In this document: positions 45,942 through 55,264 of the stretch, piece by piece | Layout of the letters: every line of letters begins with the position of its first letter | Numbering within the stretch: the first letter of the stretch is position 1 | Virus record (IMG/VR): IMGVR_UViG_3300034523_000174 | Coordinates: 13,608 to 77,607 of that record | Length of the DNA: 64,000 nt | Strand: one strand, 5' to 3' | Source: a virus | Program-made: the position numbers and the translations under genes | Notes under the pieces: generated by a model | What the model was told of the DNA's origin: nothing | The model's database searches: none | What the model saw: only the letters and a program-made list of their open reading frames with translations

Positions 45942-46445
45942 TTACCCCTTGAATTCAAATTGAATGAGCCAGCACCAGGGGTTAGATTCCGCCGGGGTAC
46001 CGGGTAGGCTGCGCGCCCAATATTTATGAAACTCGACCTTGGTTGAATATCCGCACGCCAGCAAATCATGCTTTCCAAGATCGTCAAAGCGGGCGATATC
46101 CAGGTGCTTGACGCGGGCAATGCCGAACCGCGCGAGCTTTTGCGGGGGTAGCTCTTGCAGCAGTTCGAAGGCGTTCCCCTGTTGAATCGGGGCGATGTCT
46201 CGCCCTATCAGGCCGATCCGGAAGGCCAGGCGAACGGCCCGCATTAAGGCTGGCGCATCGTCGATACTCAGACCTACAGCGGCCAGCTCCTGGTGGTTGA
46301 TCACTGGCTGCGGATCAAATGGCACAATGACCATGCGCACGGCGCCGCTTTGCACTTTGGCGCTGATTTCAGGCGTAAAAGCCATTTTCCTTAACGAAAA
46401 GTCGGAGTTTCCGTCATTGGCGCGGGATAGGGCGACATCATTCAT
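45942..46445 (-). CDS. Hypothetical protein (PUA/ASCH-like C-terminus)
   Basis: F..YW......W..NPWCWLIQF-type ending. Confidence 0.55.
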   Translation of the reverse strand: MNDVALSRANDGNSDFSLRKMAFTPEISAKVQSGAVRMVIVPFDPQPVINHQELAAVGLSIDDAPALMRAVRLAFRIGLIGRDIAPIQQGNAFELLQELPPQKLARFGIARVKHLDIARFDDLGKHDLLACGYSTKVEFHKYWARSLPGTPAESNPWCWLIQFEFKG

Positions 46446-46869
46446 TAGGTGTCGCTACCGGTACCGCTTCGCGCCAAGCCACCATGCTCAGGTTGGGACA
46501 TAGTTCGCTAAGTCGTTGGCCGTGCCAGTGCAATTCTGCGAGCCCTTTGCCCGCGCATGCGACAGCCAGCAACACGCTACCATCATCAAGCCTTACGTCT
46601 ATGAGGCAAGGCGCCACGGGCAACTCATCGTGCTCCCAGCTATTGGCATCTTTGGTCAGACGGTCCACAGCTTCAACAACCTGGCTAACTTCGAAGCCTT
46701 GTCGGGTATTCAGGCCGACGGATGAGGCGATTAGCAGGATTCCCGTCTGCCAGCGATCTTTTCGTACCGGCTTATCATCACCGGGGCGCAGCTCATAATC
46801 CTCAAGCTTCGCGGTGCGGAATTCAGGAAGGCGAAAATCAGCCTCGGTTACTACTCGTTTGTGGTTCAT
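46438..46869 (-). CDS. Hypothetical protein
   Basis: Coupled ORF in the leftward operon. Confidence 0.6.
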   Translation of the reverse strand: MNHKRVVTEADFRLPEFRTAKLEDYELRPGDDKPVRKDRWQTGILLIASSVGLNTRQGFEVSQVVEAVDRLTKDANSWEHDELPVAPCLIDVRLDDGSVLLAVACAGKGLAELHWHGQRLSELCPNLSMVAWREAVPVATPNE

Positions 46870-46882
46870 ATATGCCCCCGGC

Positions 46883-47146
46883 TTACCGGCATTCAATGCT
46901 GAAAGTGACACGATCCGGCACGCGGCCAGTGGTTTCGAGGTAGGAGCCCTCGGCTTCGTCCATGGCCCGGTGCACGCCTTGTATGGCCTCTTCGTAGGTC
47001 AGTGGCCGACCCTTTTGGGAGTTCCATTTGACCTCTGTAGCATCACCGGTCTTGCCCACTGCCGTGACCATGCCCCACCAGGTGGTGCTTTTCCTCGGGC
47101 GGTTGCCGAAAGTGGCCGTGGTGTGGCCGTTGAATATGGCTTTCAT
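46883..47146 (-). CDS. Hypothetical protein
   Basis: AGGGA SD; downstream of CGCCAGAGATAA. Confidence 0.55.
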   Translation of the reverse strand: MKAIFNGHTTATFGNRPRKSTTWWGMVTAVGKTGDATEVKWNSQKGRPLTYEEAIQGVHRAMDEAEGSYLETTGRVPDRVTFSIECR

Positions 47147-47218
47147 CGGATAGTCCCTTGCATAACTGGCGCCCATGCGTAGAATCCGGGCGACTTATCT
47201 CTGGCGATTTAAGTGGGG

Positions 47219-47257
47219 AAAAACCGCGCAGCCGTAACAGGCCGCGCGGTTTTTTTT
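47219..47257. terminator. Bidirectional intrinsic terminator
   Basis: AAAAACCGCGC-N14-GCGCGGTTTTTTTT. Confidence 0.75.
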
Positions 47258-47271
47258 CGTCTTGAGTTTGG

Positions 47272-48192
47272 TCAGATGCCTTGTGGCACTTCTTCGCCGC
47301 CCAAGGCTTCCACCAGGGCGCCAAAGAACGCATTGAGCGTCAGCATCATCAGCACGAAGCTGGACGCGAACTGTCCATCTGCATCGTCACCGCCATCCGC
47401 ATCGGCCTGATCCTTCAAAATGCTTTCAAAGCGCAGGCGGCGAATGACCATCTTGTCGTCGAGCACAAAAGACAATTTGTCGGCGTAGGCAAGCGCCAGC
47501 TGGGTGACGACCTTCCCGGTACTGAGGTGCAGCTTGATTTCGTCGCTGGTCAGATCCTGGCCGCGTGCCGTGATGGTGCCGCCGTCTTCATGGGTGTCGC
47601 GCAGCAGGGCGCTGTCGAGAACGTAGATGTCAGTCGGAGCTTCCTCGGTTTTTACCCACTCCGTCATGCTGGCTGCCGGGCTGACTTTGACCGTTAGCGG
47701 GCGTACAGGCAGCGTGCCGATCACTTCACGCAAGGTCGACAGCAAGTCCTCGGCGGTGTTGGCGCTGGACGTGTTGACCAGAATCAGGCCGGCTTTTAGG
47801 TCAATCGCTGCTAGGGTGTGGGAGTTGCGCACGAAGGCATGCGGCATCAGTGCCTGGATGATTTCATCCTTGAGCTGGTCGCGTTCCTTCTTGTAGACCT
47901 TTCGTTGCTGTTCGAACTCGATGGCTTCGACCTTCTTCACCACCGCTTCACGAATCACTGTCGCCGGGAGCTGGCGCGTAGCCTTGCGGGTGGCGATCAG
48001 AATGTAGCCGTTACGCTCGTACACCAGTGGCGACTCTTCACCCTTGCCATAGGGGGCAATGAAGCCGTAGGTGCTCAGCTCTTGCGTGCCAGGTTCGCGG
48101 GCGGGCTTGGTAGCCAGCGCCGTTTGCAGCCCTTCGGCGTCGACTGTCAGGGGTTGAGTCAGGCGGTAGGCCAGCAGATTCTTGAAAAACAT
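47272..48192 (-). CDS. rdgC: Recombination-associated protein RdgC
   Basis: [11 protein letters not shown]...[15 protein letters not shown]...GKVVTQLAL...LVEALGGE. Confidence 0.92.
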   Translation of the reverse strand: MFFKNLLAYRLTQPLTVDAEGLQTALATKPAREPGTQELSTYGFIAPYGKGEESPLVYERNGYILIATRKATRQLPATVIREAVVKKVEAIEFEQQRKVYKKERDQLKDEIIQALMPHAFVRNSHTLAAIDLKAGLILVNTSSANTAEDLLSTLREVIGTLPVRPLTVKVSPAASMTEWVKTEEAPTDIYVLDSALLRDTHEDGGTITARGQDLTSDEIKLHLSTGKVVTQLALAYADKLSFVLDDKMVIRRLRFESILKDQADADGGDDADGQFASSFVLMMLTLNAFFGALVEALGGEEVPQGI

Positions 48193-48242
48193 GGGTGTCC
48201 TTAGCGGTGTAGGAAGGGGCGGACCGAGTGGTCCGCGCAGGG

Positions 48243-48758
48243 TTAAGCGCCAGCCAGGTAGGGCAGGGGCCGGAATGGGATGTCATCGTCTTGGAGCGGA
48301 TCTTTATCAGGGCCATGGCCGCCCTGCTGATTCTGTTGCGGGCGTGGTGCCGGCTGGCGTGCGGCTTGGTTCTGATTTGGGCGCTGCTGTTGCTGGCCTT
48401 GCTGGTCGCCTTGTGGTCGGCCGCCGAGTAGCTGCATGGCGCCCTGCATGTCGACGACGATTTCAGTGGTGTAGCGCTTGATGCCGTCCTTTTCCCATTC
48501 ACGGGTTTGCAGCTTGCCCTCGATATAGACCTGAGAGCCCTTGCGCAGATACTCGCCCGCGATTTCCGCGACCTTGCCGAACATGCTTACCCGGTGCCAT
48601 TCGGTCTTCTCGACCTTCTGGCCGGTTTGCTTGTCGGTCCATTGCTCGCTGGTGGCCAGACTGAGGTTTGTTACTGCATTGCCGTTGGGCAAATAGCGCG
48701 TTTCGGGATCCTGGCCGCATGTACCGACCAAAATCACTTTGTTGATCCCGCGAGCCAT
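48243..48758 (-). CDS. ssb: Single-stranded DNA-binding protein
   Basis: [12 protein letters not shown]...TEWHRV...[17 protein letters not shown]; DDDIPF. Confidence 0.95.
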   Translation of the reverse strand: MARGINKVILVGTCGQDPETRYLPNGNAVTNLSLATSEQWTDKQTGQKVEKTEWHRVSMFGKVAEIAGEYLRKGSQVYIEGKLQTREWEKDGIKRYTTEIVVDMQGAMQLLGGRPQGDQQGQQQQRPNQNQAARQPAPRPQQNQQGGHGPDKDPLQDDDIPFRPLPYLAGA

Positions 48759-48912
48759 AAAAGACCCCTCCTAAACTATCCCTATACATGGTTCGGGCGC
48801 AAAACCCGTGTTCGGCGCATAAGATAATGCCTTCTCAAGATTTAAAACAGCGCTTTTATGTCCGCATAGTTTAGTATCAGGTCATACGAACTGAATCAGG
48901 GCTGTAGCGACA

Positions 48913-49404
48913 ATGAATTTGGAAGTGTTTGAGGGGGCAGTGACGGACGAAGAGGCCGTACAAGCCAGTTACCTGGAGCGTCAGCGGCGATTTTACCTAT
49001 ACGTCGACCTTAAGGCCGATGGTGTGCGCCTGGACTTGTTCCGGCACTTGCCAGAAAAGGAGCTGCACATTCTGTCGAATCAGGTGAGTGTGGCGTGCAG
49101 GGGCCGGACGGGCATCACCGAAAAGCTGGCAAGGCGCTTGGAGTACGTGATTGGGCTGCCTTTTGGCTTCTTTGACCATCCGTTGCCGGAGAGTGAATTG
49201 CGGGCGTCGGTGGCACGCGGTACCCGGCTGGTGCGCAAGCTGGCTAAGTACGACCTTGATCCGGAATGGGCAGGGCGCAGCAAGAAGAAGATCGCTCAGA
49301 TTATGGAGGCGCCCACCGGTCAGCGAGGGGTGTCGAAAGCCCTGTATTTGCAAGTGGTTGCAGCACTTCGGCCAAAAAAGACGAGTGAGGGGATGGATGT
49401 ATAG
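48913..49404 (+). CDS. Putative transcriptional regulator (repressor-like)
   Basis: ITEKLARRLE..IGLPFGFFD is typical of the end of a phage HTH domain; divergent from ssb. Confidence 0.55.
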   Translation: MNLEVFEGAVTDEEAVQASYLERQRRFYLYVDLKADGVRLDLFRHLPEKELHILSNQVSVACRGRTGITEKLARRLEYVIGLPFGFFDHPLPESELRASVARGTRLVRKLAKYDLDPEWAGRSKKKIAQIMEAPTGQRGVSKALYLQVVAALRPKKTSEGMDV

Positions 49405-49794
49405 GGATCTGGCAATGTTAGACGGCCAGCATTCAGCTATGTTATACAGCACGCCGATTTGAGGCCACTGGCCTAGTCCCACTAAATAGGAGACGAAAAA
49501 AAAGAACCCGCCCCGACCAAGGTTATAGGTTCTTTTCGACGTAACGAGTGAAAACATTACACGATCAATCCGTAAGCTCTCCTTGCTTACCCCGTGCTAT
49601 CGGAAGATGGCGCCAGGGGGATCTACTTTGTTGACGCCCCGAGTATACCACAGGCTCGGGATCTGCAAACTTTCCCACCCTATACAAGAAACCTCTAACG
49701 GCGTTTCGCTGAGCCGGCCTATTGGCTGTGATCCTCAGCGCCCGTTTGTGTCCGTCACTTTTGCCATCAGCATCCAATCATTAGGGGGTGCTCG

Positions 49795-50811
49795 ATGAGC
49801 ATCATTCGCGCCGCACGAAAATCCCAGTTCTACAGTCTGCCTACTGCCACCATCGACGACGACCGACTGTCATGGGAGGCGCGCGGCCTGCTGGTCTACC
49901 TGCTGAGCAAGCCAGACCATTGGAAGGTGCAGGTTAAAGACCTAATGAATCGCACCAAGAACGCCATAGGCCGGTCAGCGGGCCGTGACAAGGTGTACAC
50001 CATCATCAACGAGCTGCGCGCTGCCGGTTATCTCGTTCGATTCTTCAAGCGTGAGGATGGGGACTTCTCCGGTGTTGAGTACGAAATATTTGATACCCCC
50101 GATCTAGAGGCTGGCGCCGAGTATCTTCGGAGCTTGGAAAATAAGGGAAAGCGACCGTTTCCGGCTAAGACGGAAACGGTAGATTCGTGTGAGGCTGAGG
50201 CGTCAGCGCCGGAAGCGTTTACGCCTAAGCCCGAAACATTAGATAAGACTGAAAGAGCAACTAAGATTGAAAAAGCAGTAAAACCTATCACCGACCCCAT
50301 GGCTGAGAAATCGAGTCAGGATCAGGGCGCCGATATCGACTCAACGCTACCCGTTGATTACCCAAGCGAATACCCAAGCAACCCGGCCAGCTCGATCTAT
50401 GCAGCCTGGCGGGCGTATGCCGTAGCATTCCGTGAGCGGTACAAGATTTGGCCGGTCTACAACGCCACGGTGGCCGGAATCATGGGCAAGGCCGTTGCCC
50501 GCATCCAAGACGCAACGCCAGCCGCTGCGACCCATTACCTCAAGTATGAATCTGCCGGATCACTGACCGACAAGCTCCACCCCGTTGCCATCTTTTTGAA
50601 GAATTGCGAAAGCTACGCCGGCAAGGCGGTGCTGACCCAGCAAAGCAAAAAGCGGGCGGACAGGGCGGCGGTGGCCGTGCAAGAAGCGGAAAGAGCCAGC
50701 GCCTCAGCGCCCCAGGCAAACGAAAACACTAAATCTACACCGTCGCCAGCCTCGGCCGGCGCCGCAGCCCTGAGCGCGCTTAAAACTCGCGTGGGCATCC
50801 AGAGCAAGTGA
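49795..50811 (+). CDS. Phage (lytic) replication initiator with N-terminal wHTH
   Basis: LSWEARGLLVYLLSKPDHW...GRDKVY.IINEL..AGY. Confidence 0.75.
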   Translation: MSIIRAARKSQFYSLPTATIDDDRLSWEARGLLVYLLSKPDHWKVQVKDLMNRTKNAIGRSAGRDKVYTIINELRAAGYLVRFFKREDGDFSGVEYEIFDTPDLEAGAEYLRSLENKGKRPFPAKTETVDSCEAEASAPEAFTPKPETLDKTERATKIEKAVKPITDPMAEKSSQDQGADIDSTLPVDYPSEYPSNPASSIYAAWRAYAVAFRERYKIWPVYNATVAGIMGKAVARIQDATPAAATHYLKYESAGSLTDKLHPVAIFLKNCESYAGKAVLTQQSKKRADRAAVAVQEAERASASAPQANENTKSTPSPASAGAAALSALKTRVGIQSK

Positions 50812-50856
50812 TTCACCCGTAACACCAAACACTCAATCGCCAGAGAGAAAACAACC

Positions 50857-51264
50857 ATGCGCCATTCCGGTACCAACCCAAACAAGGCCCAAAACCAGTG
50901 GTTCAACGACATCGCGGACATTTGCGGCTGTGTGTGCTGCATGTTGGACGGCCACCATCGGGACTTTTCCGAACCGGCCCACGTATCGATCCACCACTGT
51001 GACGGCCGCACCAAGGCCCATGCCCATTACTACGTGCTGCCGCTGTGCGCTGGCCACCACCAGCAAGGGTATGGCCCACGGCCGGACATGCTGGCGGTCC
51101 ACGGCAACAAAGCCCGGTTTATCGAGGCTTATGCTCGTGAAATCGAGCTGGTAGAGATTTGCGTGCAGATGGTGGAAACCTCGGGCCGTGTGGTGCCGGA
51201 TGGTGTTTATGCACTGCTGGCCAAGTGGCGCGAAAGCAAGCAATACACCGATGAGGCTGCGTAA
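50857..51264 (+). CDS. ref: Ref-family recombination enhancement HNH nuclease
   Basis: GCVCC...IHH.DGR....AH..VLPLC..HH. Confidence 0.7.
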   Translation: MRHSGTNPNKAQNQWFNDIADICGCVCCMLDGHHRDFSEPAHVSIHHCDGRTKAHAHYYVLPLCAGHHQQGYGPRPDMLAVHGNKARFIEAYAREIELVEICVQMVETSGRVVPDGVYALLAKWRESKQYTDEAA

Positions 51265-51437
51265 TGAGCACCAAAGCTTGCCGGTGCGGAAGCACCAACC
51301 TGATCAAGTTCCCATCGCTCAACCGTAAGCGCTGTAGCGATTGCAACAAGCTCATCTACTGGCCGCTTTCAACCGGCCAGGAACCACTCAACGGCTCGCA
51401 CCGGGCGGGCCGCAAGACCAAAGGGCAAGACCAATGA
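51264..51437 (+). CDS. 57-aa zinc-ribbon protein (not in ORF track)
   Basis: CRCGS...CSDC; coupled TAATG and ATGA overlaps. Confidence 0.6.
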   Translation: MSTKACRCGSTNLIKFPSLNRKRCSDCNKLIYWPLSTGQEPLNGSHRAGRKTKGQDQ

Positions 51438-51874
51438 ACATCAAGCGTATCGGCTCCCACAGCCTGCCAATCCCTGAGCGTGCCAAGGCCCGGGATTTTG
51501 GTTATGACCTGCGCACTGTCCAGGCTGTAACGCTGGCACCCCGTCAGCGCGCCACGATCCCGACAGGTTTCGCCTATGAGTTCCTGGCCGACCAGGGCGC
51601 GCAAGTGTGGCCGCGCAGCGGGCTGGCAGAAAAGTACGGTATCGACACCCTGGCAGGCCTGGTCGACGGCGGCTATCAGGGCGAGGCCAAAGTGATTTTG
51701 ATCAACCACGGCGATGAAACGGTGTCGTTTGAGGCGGGGGATAGAATTGCACAGTTGGTGATCGTCACCCGCGTATCTCCGTCGTTTTTCAGTACTGAGC
51801 TGGTAGAGGTGGAAGAGTTCACCACCGCCTCAGACCGTGGCGCCGCTGGTTTCGGCCATACAGGCACTGCTTAG
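51434..51874 (+). CDS. dut: dUTPase
   Basis: GYDL, PRSG, GLVDGGYQGE, RIAQ, RGAAGFGHTG. Confidence 0.92.
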   Translation: MNIKRIGSHSLPIPERAKARDFGYDLRTVQAVTLAPRQRATIPTGFAYEFLADQGAQVWPRSGLAEKYGIDTLAGLVDGGYQGEAKVILINHGDETVSFEAGDRIAQLVIVTRVSPSFFSTELVEVEEFTTASDRGAAGFGHTGTA

Positions 51875-51885
51875 TTTTAGCTTTG

Positions 51886-51919
51886 TTTGTCCGGGGATAG
51901 TTTTGTATCCCCGGACAAA
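51886..51919. repeat. 34-bp inverted repeat with 13-8-13 (lox-like) geometry
   Basis: TTTGTCCGGGGAT-AGTTTTGT-ATCCCCGGACAAA. Confidence 0.7.
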
Positions 51920-52008
51920 ACCCATAAGTTTTATTCAAAAAACACTTTATAAAATTCAGGGTATAGTGATAATCTTGCGCCTTCACCAAAACGCCAGAGA
52001 TAAACCAA

Positions 52009-52365
52009 ATGCCAACCCTTCCACTCATGTTTAGCCGGATGTCGGCGGACCTGTTAGCGCACCGCATGCGCTTCCTGGCCTGCCCTGAAATCCTGGCCGA
52101 CTTGTACGAAATCAATCCCCCCGCTGATTTTGATCTGGAGTGCTGGGCCGACACCGCCCGCGCGCTGACTGAGGATCTGCAATCCGGCAAGGCGATTAAC
52201 CCGAACCAAACCGTTATTGCGTTGCTGGTCGAGTCGCTGGAAGGCAATAACGTTATTGGAAAGGCGCCGAAGAGTAGTCGCCCCGGCCTGATTCAAGTGG
52301 CCAACATGATCGCGCAACGCCTTGAGCCCTACGCGGGCCGCTCTATCCATCCGGAGGTTCACTGA
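52009..52365 (+). CDS. Hypothetical protein
   Basis: First gene after an AT-rich promoter region. Confidence 0.65.
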   Translation: MPTLPLMFSRMSADLLAHRMRFLACPEILADLYEINPPADFDLECWADTARALTEDLQSGKAINPNQTVIALLVESLEGNNVIGKAPKSSRPGLIQVANMIAQRLEPYAGRSIHPEVH

Positions 52366-52366
52366 A

Positions 52367-53041
52367 ATGATTGATCAATCCCTAACCCCGGTCGCCGGCA
52401 AACCTGATTGGGTTGGCGCGATGGTGGGCAATCCCCGCTTTGAGTTCACCGCCCGCTTGTGCACCGGGAACAGTCAGCTGCGCCTGATTGCCAAGCACCT
52501 ACCGACGCGCACCACGGCCGAGCTGTTGGTGTGCGGTACCGGGAATGCCGACATGGACCACGCCCGTGTTGAGCTGTGCGAAAAGCTGGTGGCCACCATG
52601 TTGGAGGAAGGCATGGTTGACCACGGCGCGAGCCAGTTCGCCCGCTTACTGCGTTGTGAGTACGCCAATCGGCTGATTGAGGTTATTTCCAGCTATGGCC
52701 GTTGTTTCTTCTACTCCCGCCAGCATGACAGCGTGGCGCGCCTGAGCTTTGACCAGCGGGTGTACCTGCATGACGAGGGCGGGGCGATGATCGAGGCCAA
52801 GGCCACCAGCAAGCGCTGGCCGGGGTTCAGCCACGGCGGCACGCTGCGTGATCTGGTGTTGCAGATGCGCAACTACGTGATGCGTGGCGAGCGGATCGAT
52901 CCGGCCTATCTCGGAATCGATCGTCAGCGCGGCGGCGGCAACATTTGGGGTTATCCGCCTGAGCAGATGCGCTTGTGTCGTGAGGCGGCGCAGCAACTGC
53001 CGATTATCAACGTCCCGTCAGAGCTGGAGTGTGCCGCATGA
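52367..53041 (+). CDS. Conserved phage hypothetical protein
   Basis: W.GFSHGGTLRDLV...NIWGY motif. Confidence 0.65.
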   Translation: MIDQSLTPVAGKPDWVGAMVGNPRFEFTARLCTGNSQLRLIAKHLPTRTTAELLVCGTGNADMDHARVELCEKLVATMLEEGMVDHGASQFARLLRCEYANRLIEVISSYGRCFFYSRQHDSVARLSFDQRVYLHDEGGAMIEAKATSKRWPGFSHGGTLRDLVLQMRNYVMRGERIDPAYLGIDRQRGGGNIWGYPPEQMRLCREAAQQLPIINVPSELECAA

Positions 53042-53238
53042 GCATTCATCCCGGCCCGAAAGTCTTTGGCCATATCCATGTGAAGTCCGTGTGTGATGAG
53101 TGCGGGCGCGCCCGTAGCAGTGGCAATCACCAGAAATGCAGCAAACGGCGCCAAGTGCGCACCGCTGCGCAAGGGGCTGCTAACGCCGAGGCGTCTAAGC
53201 GTTATAGCTCTTTAACGTCATACGCTAGCAATGAGTAA
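53038..53238 (+). CDS. Small Cys/His protein
   Basis: CDECG...NHQKCSKRRQ. Confidence 0.55.
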   Translation: MSIHPGPKVFGHIHVKSVCDECGRARSSGNHQKCSKRRQVRTAAQGAANAEASKRYSSLTSYASNE

Positions 53239-53611
53239 GCGCCGAACCGAAGTACAGGCTGACATGTTCGCCATGCTGGGCGAGGCGCCGAAGCCGGTAC
53301 CAGTAGCGCCGGTGGCCAGTTTGGAAAGCCGGGCACTCAACGCAGTGTATGGCGAGTACCTGGAGCACAGCATTCGCTATTACCTCTTGGACGCCCCTGT
53401 GGTGCCGGACACCTATTTCGACGGCCTTTGCAAAACGCTACTGGCCGGCTGGGAGCTGGTCACGCATCGCCTCAAGAGCATGTGTGATGAATCGGCCTTG
53501 CGCGCGGGGACGGGGTTTCAACTGCCGTTCCACAAGCTCGACCCAATCGTCTGGATGTGCCGCCAGCACCACGAAACCCCACTCAAAGACATCTACGGAA
53601 TCAATCCATGA
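53231..53611 (+). CDS. Stand-alone NAD-dependent ligase subdomain Ia-like protein
   Basis: HSIRYYLLDAPVVPDTYFD.L resembles the LigA H..YY..D.P...D..YD motif. Confidence 0.65.
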   Translation: MSKRRTEVQADMFAMLGEAPKPVPVAPVASLESRALNAVYGEYLEHSIRYYLLDAPVVPDTYFDGLCKTLLAGWELVTHRLKSMCDESALRAGTGFQLPFHKLDPIVWMCRQHHETPLKDIYGINP

Positions 53612-54327
53612 ATAATCGCCCGATTGACCACGGCGACAGCCTTGAACTGAATGACCTGATCGCCAGGGCGCTGACTGATACCCAGTGGACCACTCAACGC
53701 AAACAGATTGCCGAGTACTTGACGCCGATTATTCATGCTGCGCAGCACCAGGGCGAGCCGGCGAAACTGGTTTTCCCCAGCATGCTGCGCAAGATGTGGT
53801 CGGGCGGTGATGTGGGCCAGTGGATTGCCAACGAAGGCCCGTTTTATCGCAAGCCTTTGGTCACTTATGGCGACACCGCCACGCTTCAACGCATCTACGA
53901 GCTGATCGGCATTGGTGAGCTGGCCCGTTCCCCCGCCGCGCTGCTGGACCATTTGGAAACCATTCAGCGCTTTTCCAACTACCTCAGCGCAGTAGAGCGC
54001 GAGTTTTTCATGGTTCCTGGCGAGCCAGGTGATGAGCCTGGAGACGAAGGCGCCGAGCCGGATGAAGATTGTTTGGTGAACAAATGGGCCGCCGAGTCAG
54101 AAGAGCAGTACGTCGAGCAGTTCCGCGCTGCACTTATGCTGATTTCCAAGCCAGCCGGGGAGCCGCTGGCGTACATCCAGTTTGGCGAGGTGGAATCGGG
54201 CGAGATAGGCGATTACGAGATTGAGCCTAACCGTAAGGTCTGCGATGCGTTGAACCTGGCGGACAACGGCAACGGGACGACCTACGACCTGTACCCGTTC
54301 CCGAGCCCGAAGGCCGTCAAGCAATGA
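53608..54327 (+). CDS. Mosaic phage hypothetical protein
   Basis: LRKMWSGGDV..W and GEP linker motifs. Confidence 0.6.
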   Translation: MNNRPIDHGDSLELNDLIARALTDTQWTTQRKQIAEYLTPIIHAAQHQGEPAKLVFPSMLRKMWSGGDVGQWIANEGPFYRKPLVTYGDTATLQRIYELIGIGELARSPAALLDHLETIQRFSNYLSAVEREFFMVPGEPGDEPGDEGAEPDEDCLVNKWAAESEEQYVEQFRAALMLISKPAGEPLAYIQFGEVESGEIGDYEIEPNRKVCDALNLADNGNGTTYDLYPFPSPKAVKQ

Positions 54328-54467
54328 CCACGCGCCTGGTGTGGTTCGCGCCTCAGTACGGTAATGCGGGCTGTTGGCGCGAATGCACCGTCGACCGTTT
54401 CGGCGTGTGGCGTGGGCCTGGCGGTATGTACATGCCCGCCCCAAGCCCTGATCGGGTGAAGCCATGA
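54324..54467 (+). CDS. 47-aa hypothetical protein
   Basis: ATGA overlaps on both sides. Confidence 0.45.
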   Translation: MTTRLVWFAPQYGNAGCWRECTVDRFGVWRGPGGMYMPAPSPDRVKP

Positions 54468-54598
54468 GCAGCCTGGATCGATGCCTTGACGACTACAACA
54501 AAGAGCTGGCGCGGGAAAAGGCGATCAAGCTTGACCCGTACCACCCCGCTCGCCGTACCAAGGGCGAGAAGCACCGGAACAGGAATGCCAAAAAGTGA
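54464..54598 (+). CDS. 44-aa basic hypothetical protein
   Basis: ATGA and GTGA overlaps. Confidence 0.45.
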   Translation: MSSLDRCLDDYNKELAREKAIKLDPYHPARRTKGEKHRNRNAKK

Positions 54599-54663
54599 AA
54601 GCACTATCAATCCGCCAGCCGTGGGCCTGGCTGATCGTCCACGGTGGCAATTATGGGCGGTAG
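54595..54663 (+). pseudogene. Truncated original 5' end of the ASCH gene
   Basis: MKALSIRQPWAWLIVHGG-NYGR* matches the N-terminus of the 55245 gene. Confidence 0.85.
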
Positions 54664-55264
54664 AACTGTCGCAGGACATGAGCGCAAGGCGACCCCGCTA
54701 AGCCCGATCCCTGGCCCTCGACAATCACCAAAAGACGGCTGGGCAATGAGCTGCGCATGTGGATGGGTAGCCCAGCCATTTGCCAGGCGTGCGGATGCGG
54801 AGAAAGCCTACGGCGCCCACCTATTGGATGCGCTCCCAATATGCCAGGGGTGCAACACCAAGAAGCCGACGCGGGAAATGTCGAAGTCAGCGCCACACAA
54901 GTGCAAGGCCTGCGCACGCGCAGCTATCAAAGCATGGGCCGAAGCGAACCCGTCAGAGTGGGAGCGGAGCCGCTGGAAATCTCACCTGAAGCGCCAGTAC
55001 GGAATCACACCGGAGCGATACAACGAGATACTGGCGTCACAGGGAGGGCTTTGTGCGATTTGCTTGAAATCTCCAGCAGATCCGCGAGGCTTTAGGCCGC
55101 ATCTCGATCATGACCACGCTACTGGGCAGGTCAGGGGAATCCTTTGTGGGCCATGTAATAAGGGGCTTGGGATGTTTGGTGATGAGCTGGCAGTGATCCG
55201 CTCGGCTTTGGCCTATCTGGAAAAACACAGCAAGGAGGTGGCGATTGAAAGCATTGTCGATTAA
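54653..55264 (+). CDS. Endonuclease VII-type HNH protein, probable homing endonuclease
   Basis: YGIT...QGGLCAIC...HLDHDHATGQVRGILCGPCNKGLG; start uncertain (54644, 54653 or 54746). Confidence 0.85.
   Translation: MGGRTVAGHERKATPLSPIPGPRQSPKDGWAMSCACGWVAQPFARRADAEKAYGAHLLDALPICQGCNTKKPTREMSKSAPHKCKACARAAIKAWAEANPSEWERSRWKSHLKRQYGITPERYNEILASQGGLCAICLKSPADPRGFRPHLDHDHATGQVRGILCGPCNKGLGMFGDELAVIRSALAYLEKHSKEVAIESIVD

Noticed and set aside
49583-49798. 71-aa ORF as an icd/cro-like gene
   Set aside because: TTG start without a clear SD and no motif; the region is better explained as a structured leader, though not excluded.
51886-51919. Protelomerase telRL site
   Set aside because: Has an asymmetric spacer and is short; no protelomerase in the window.
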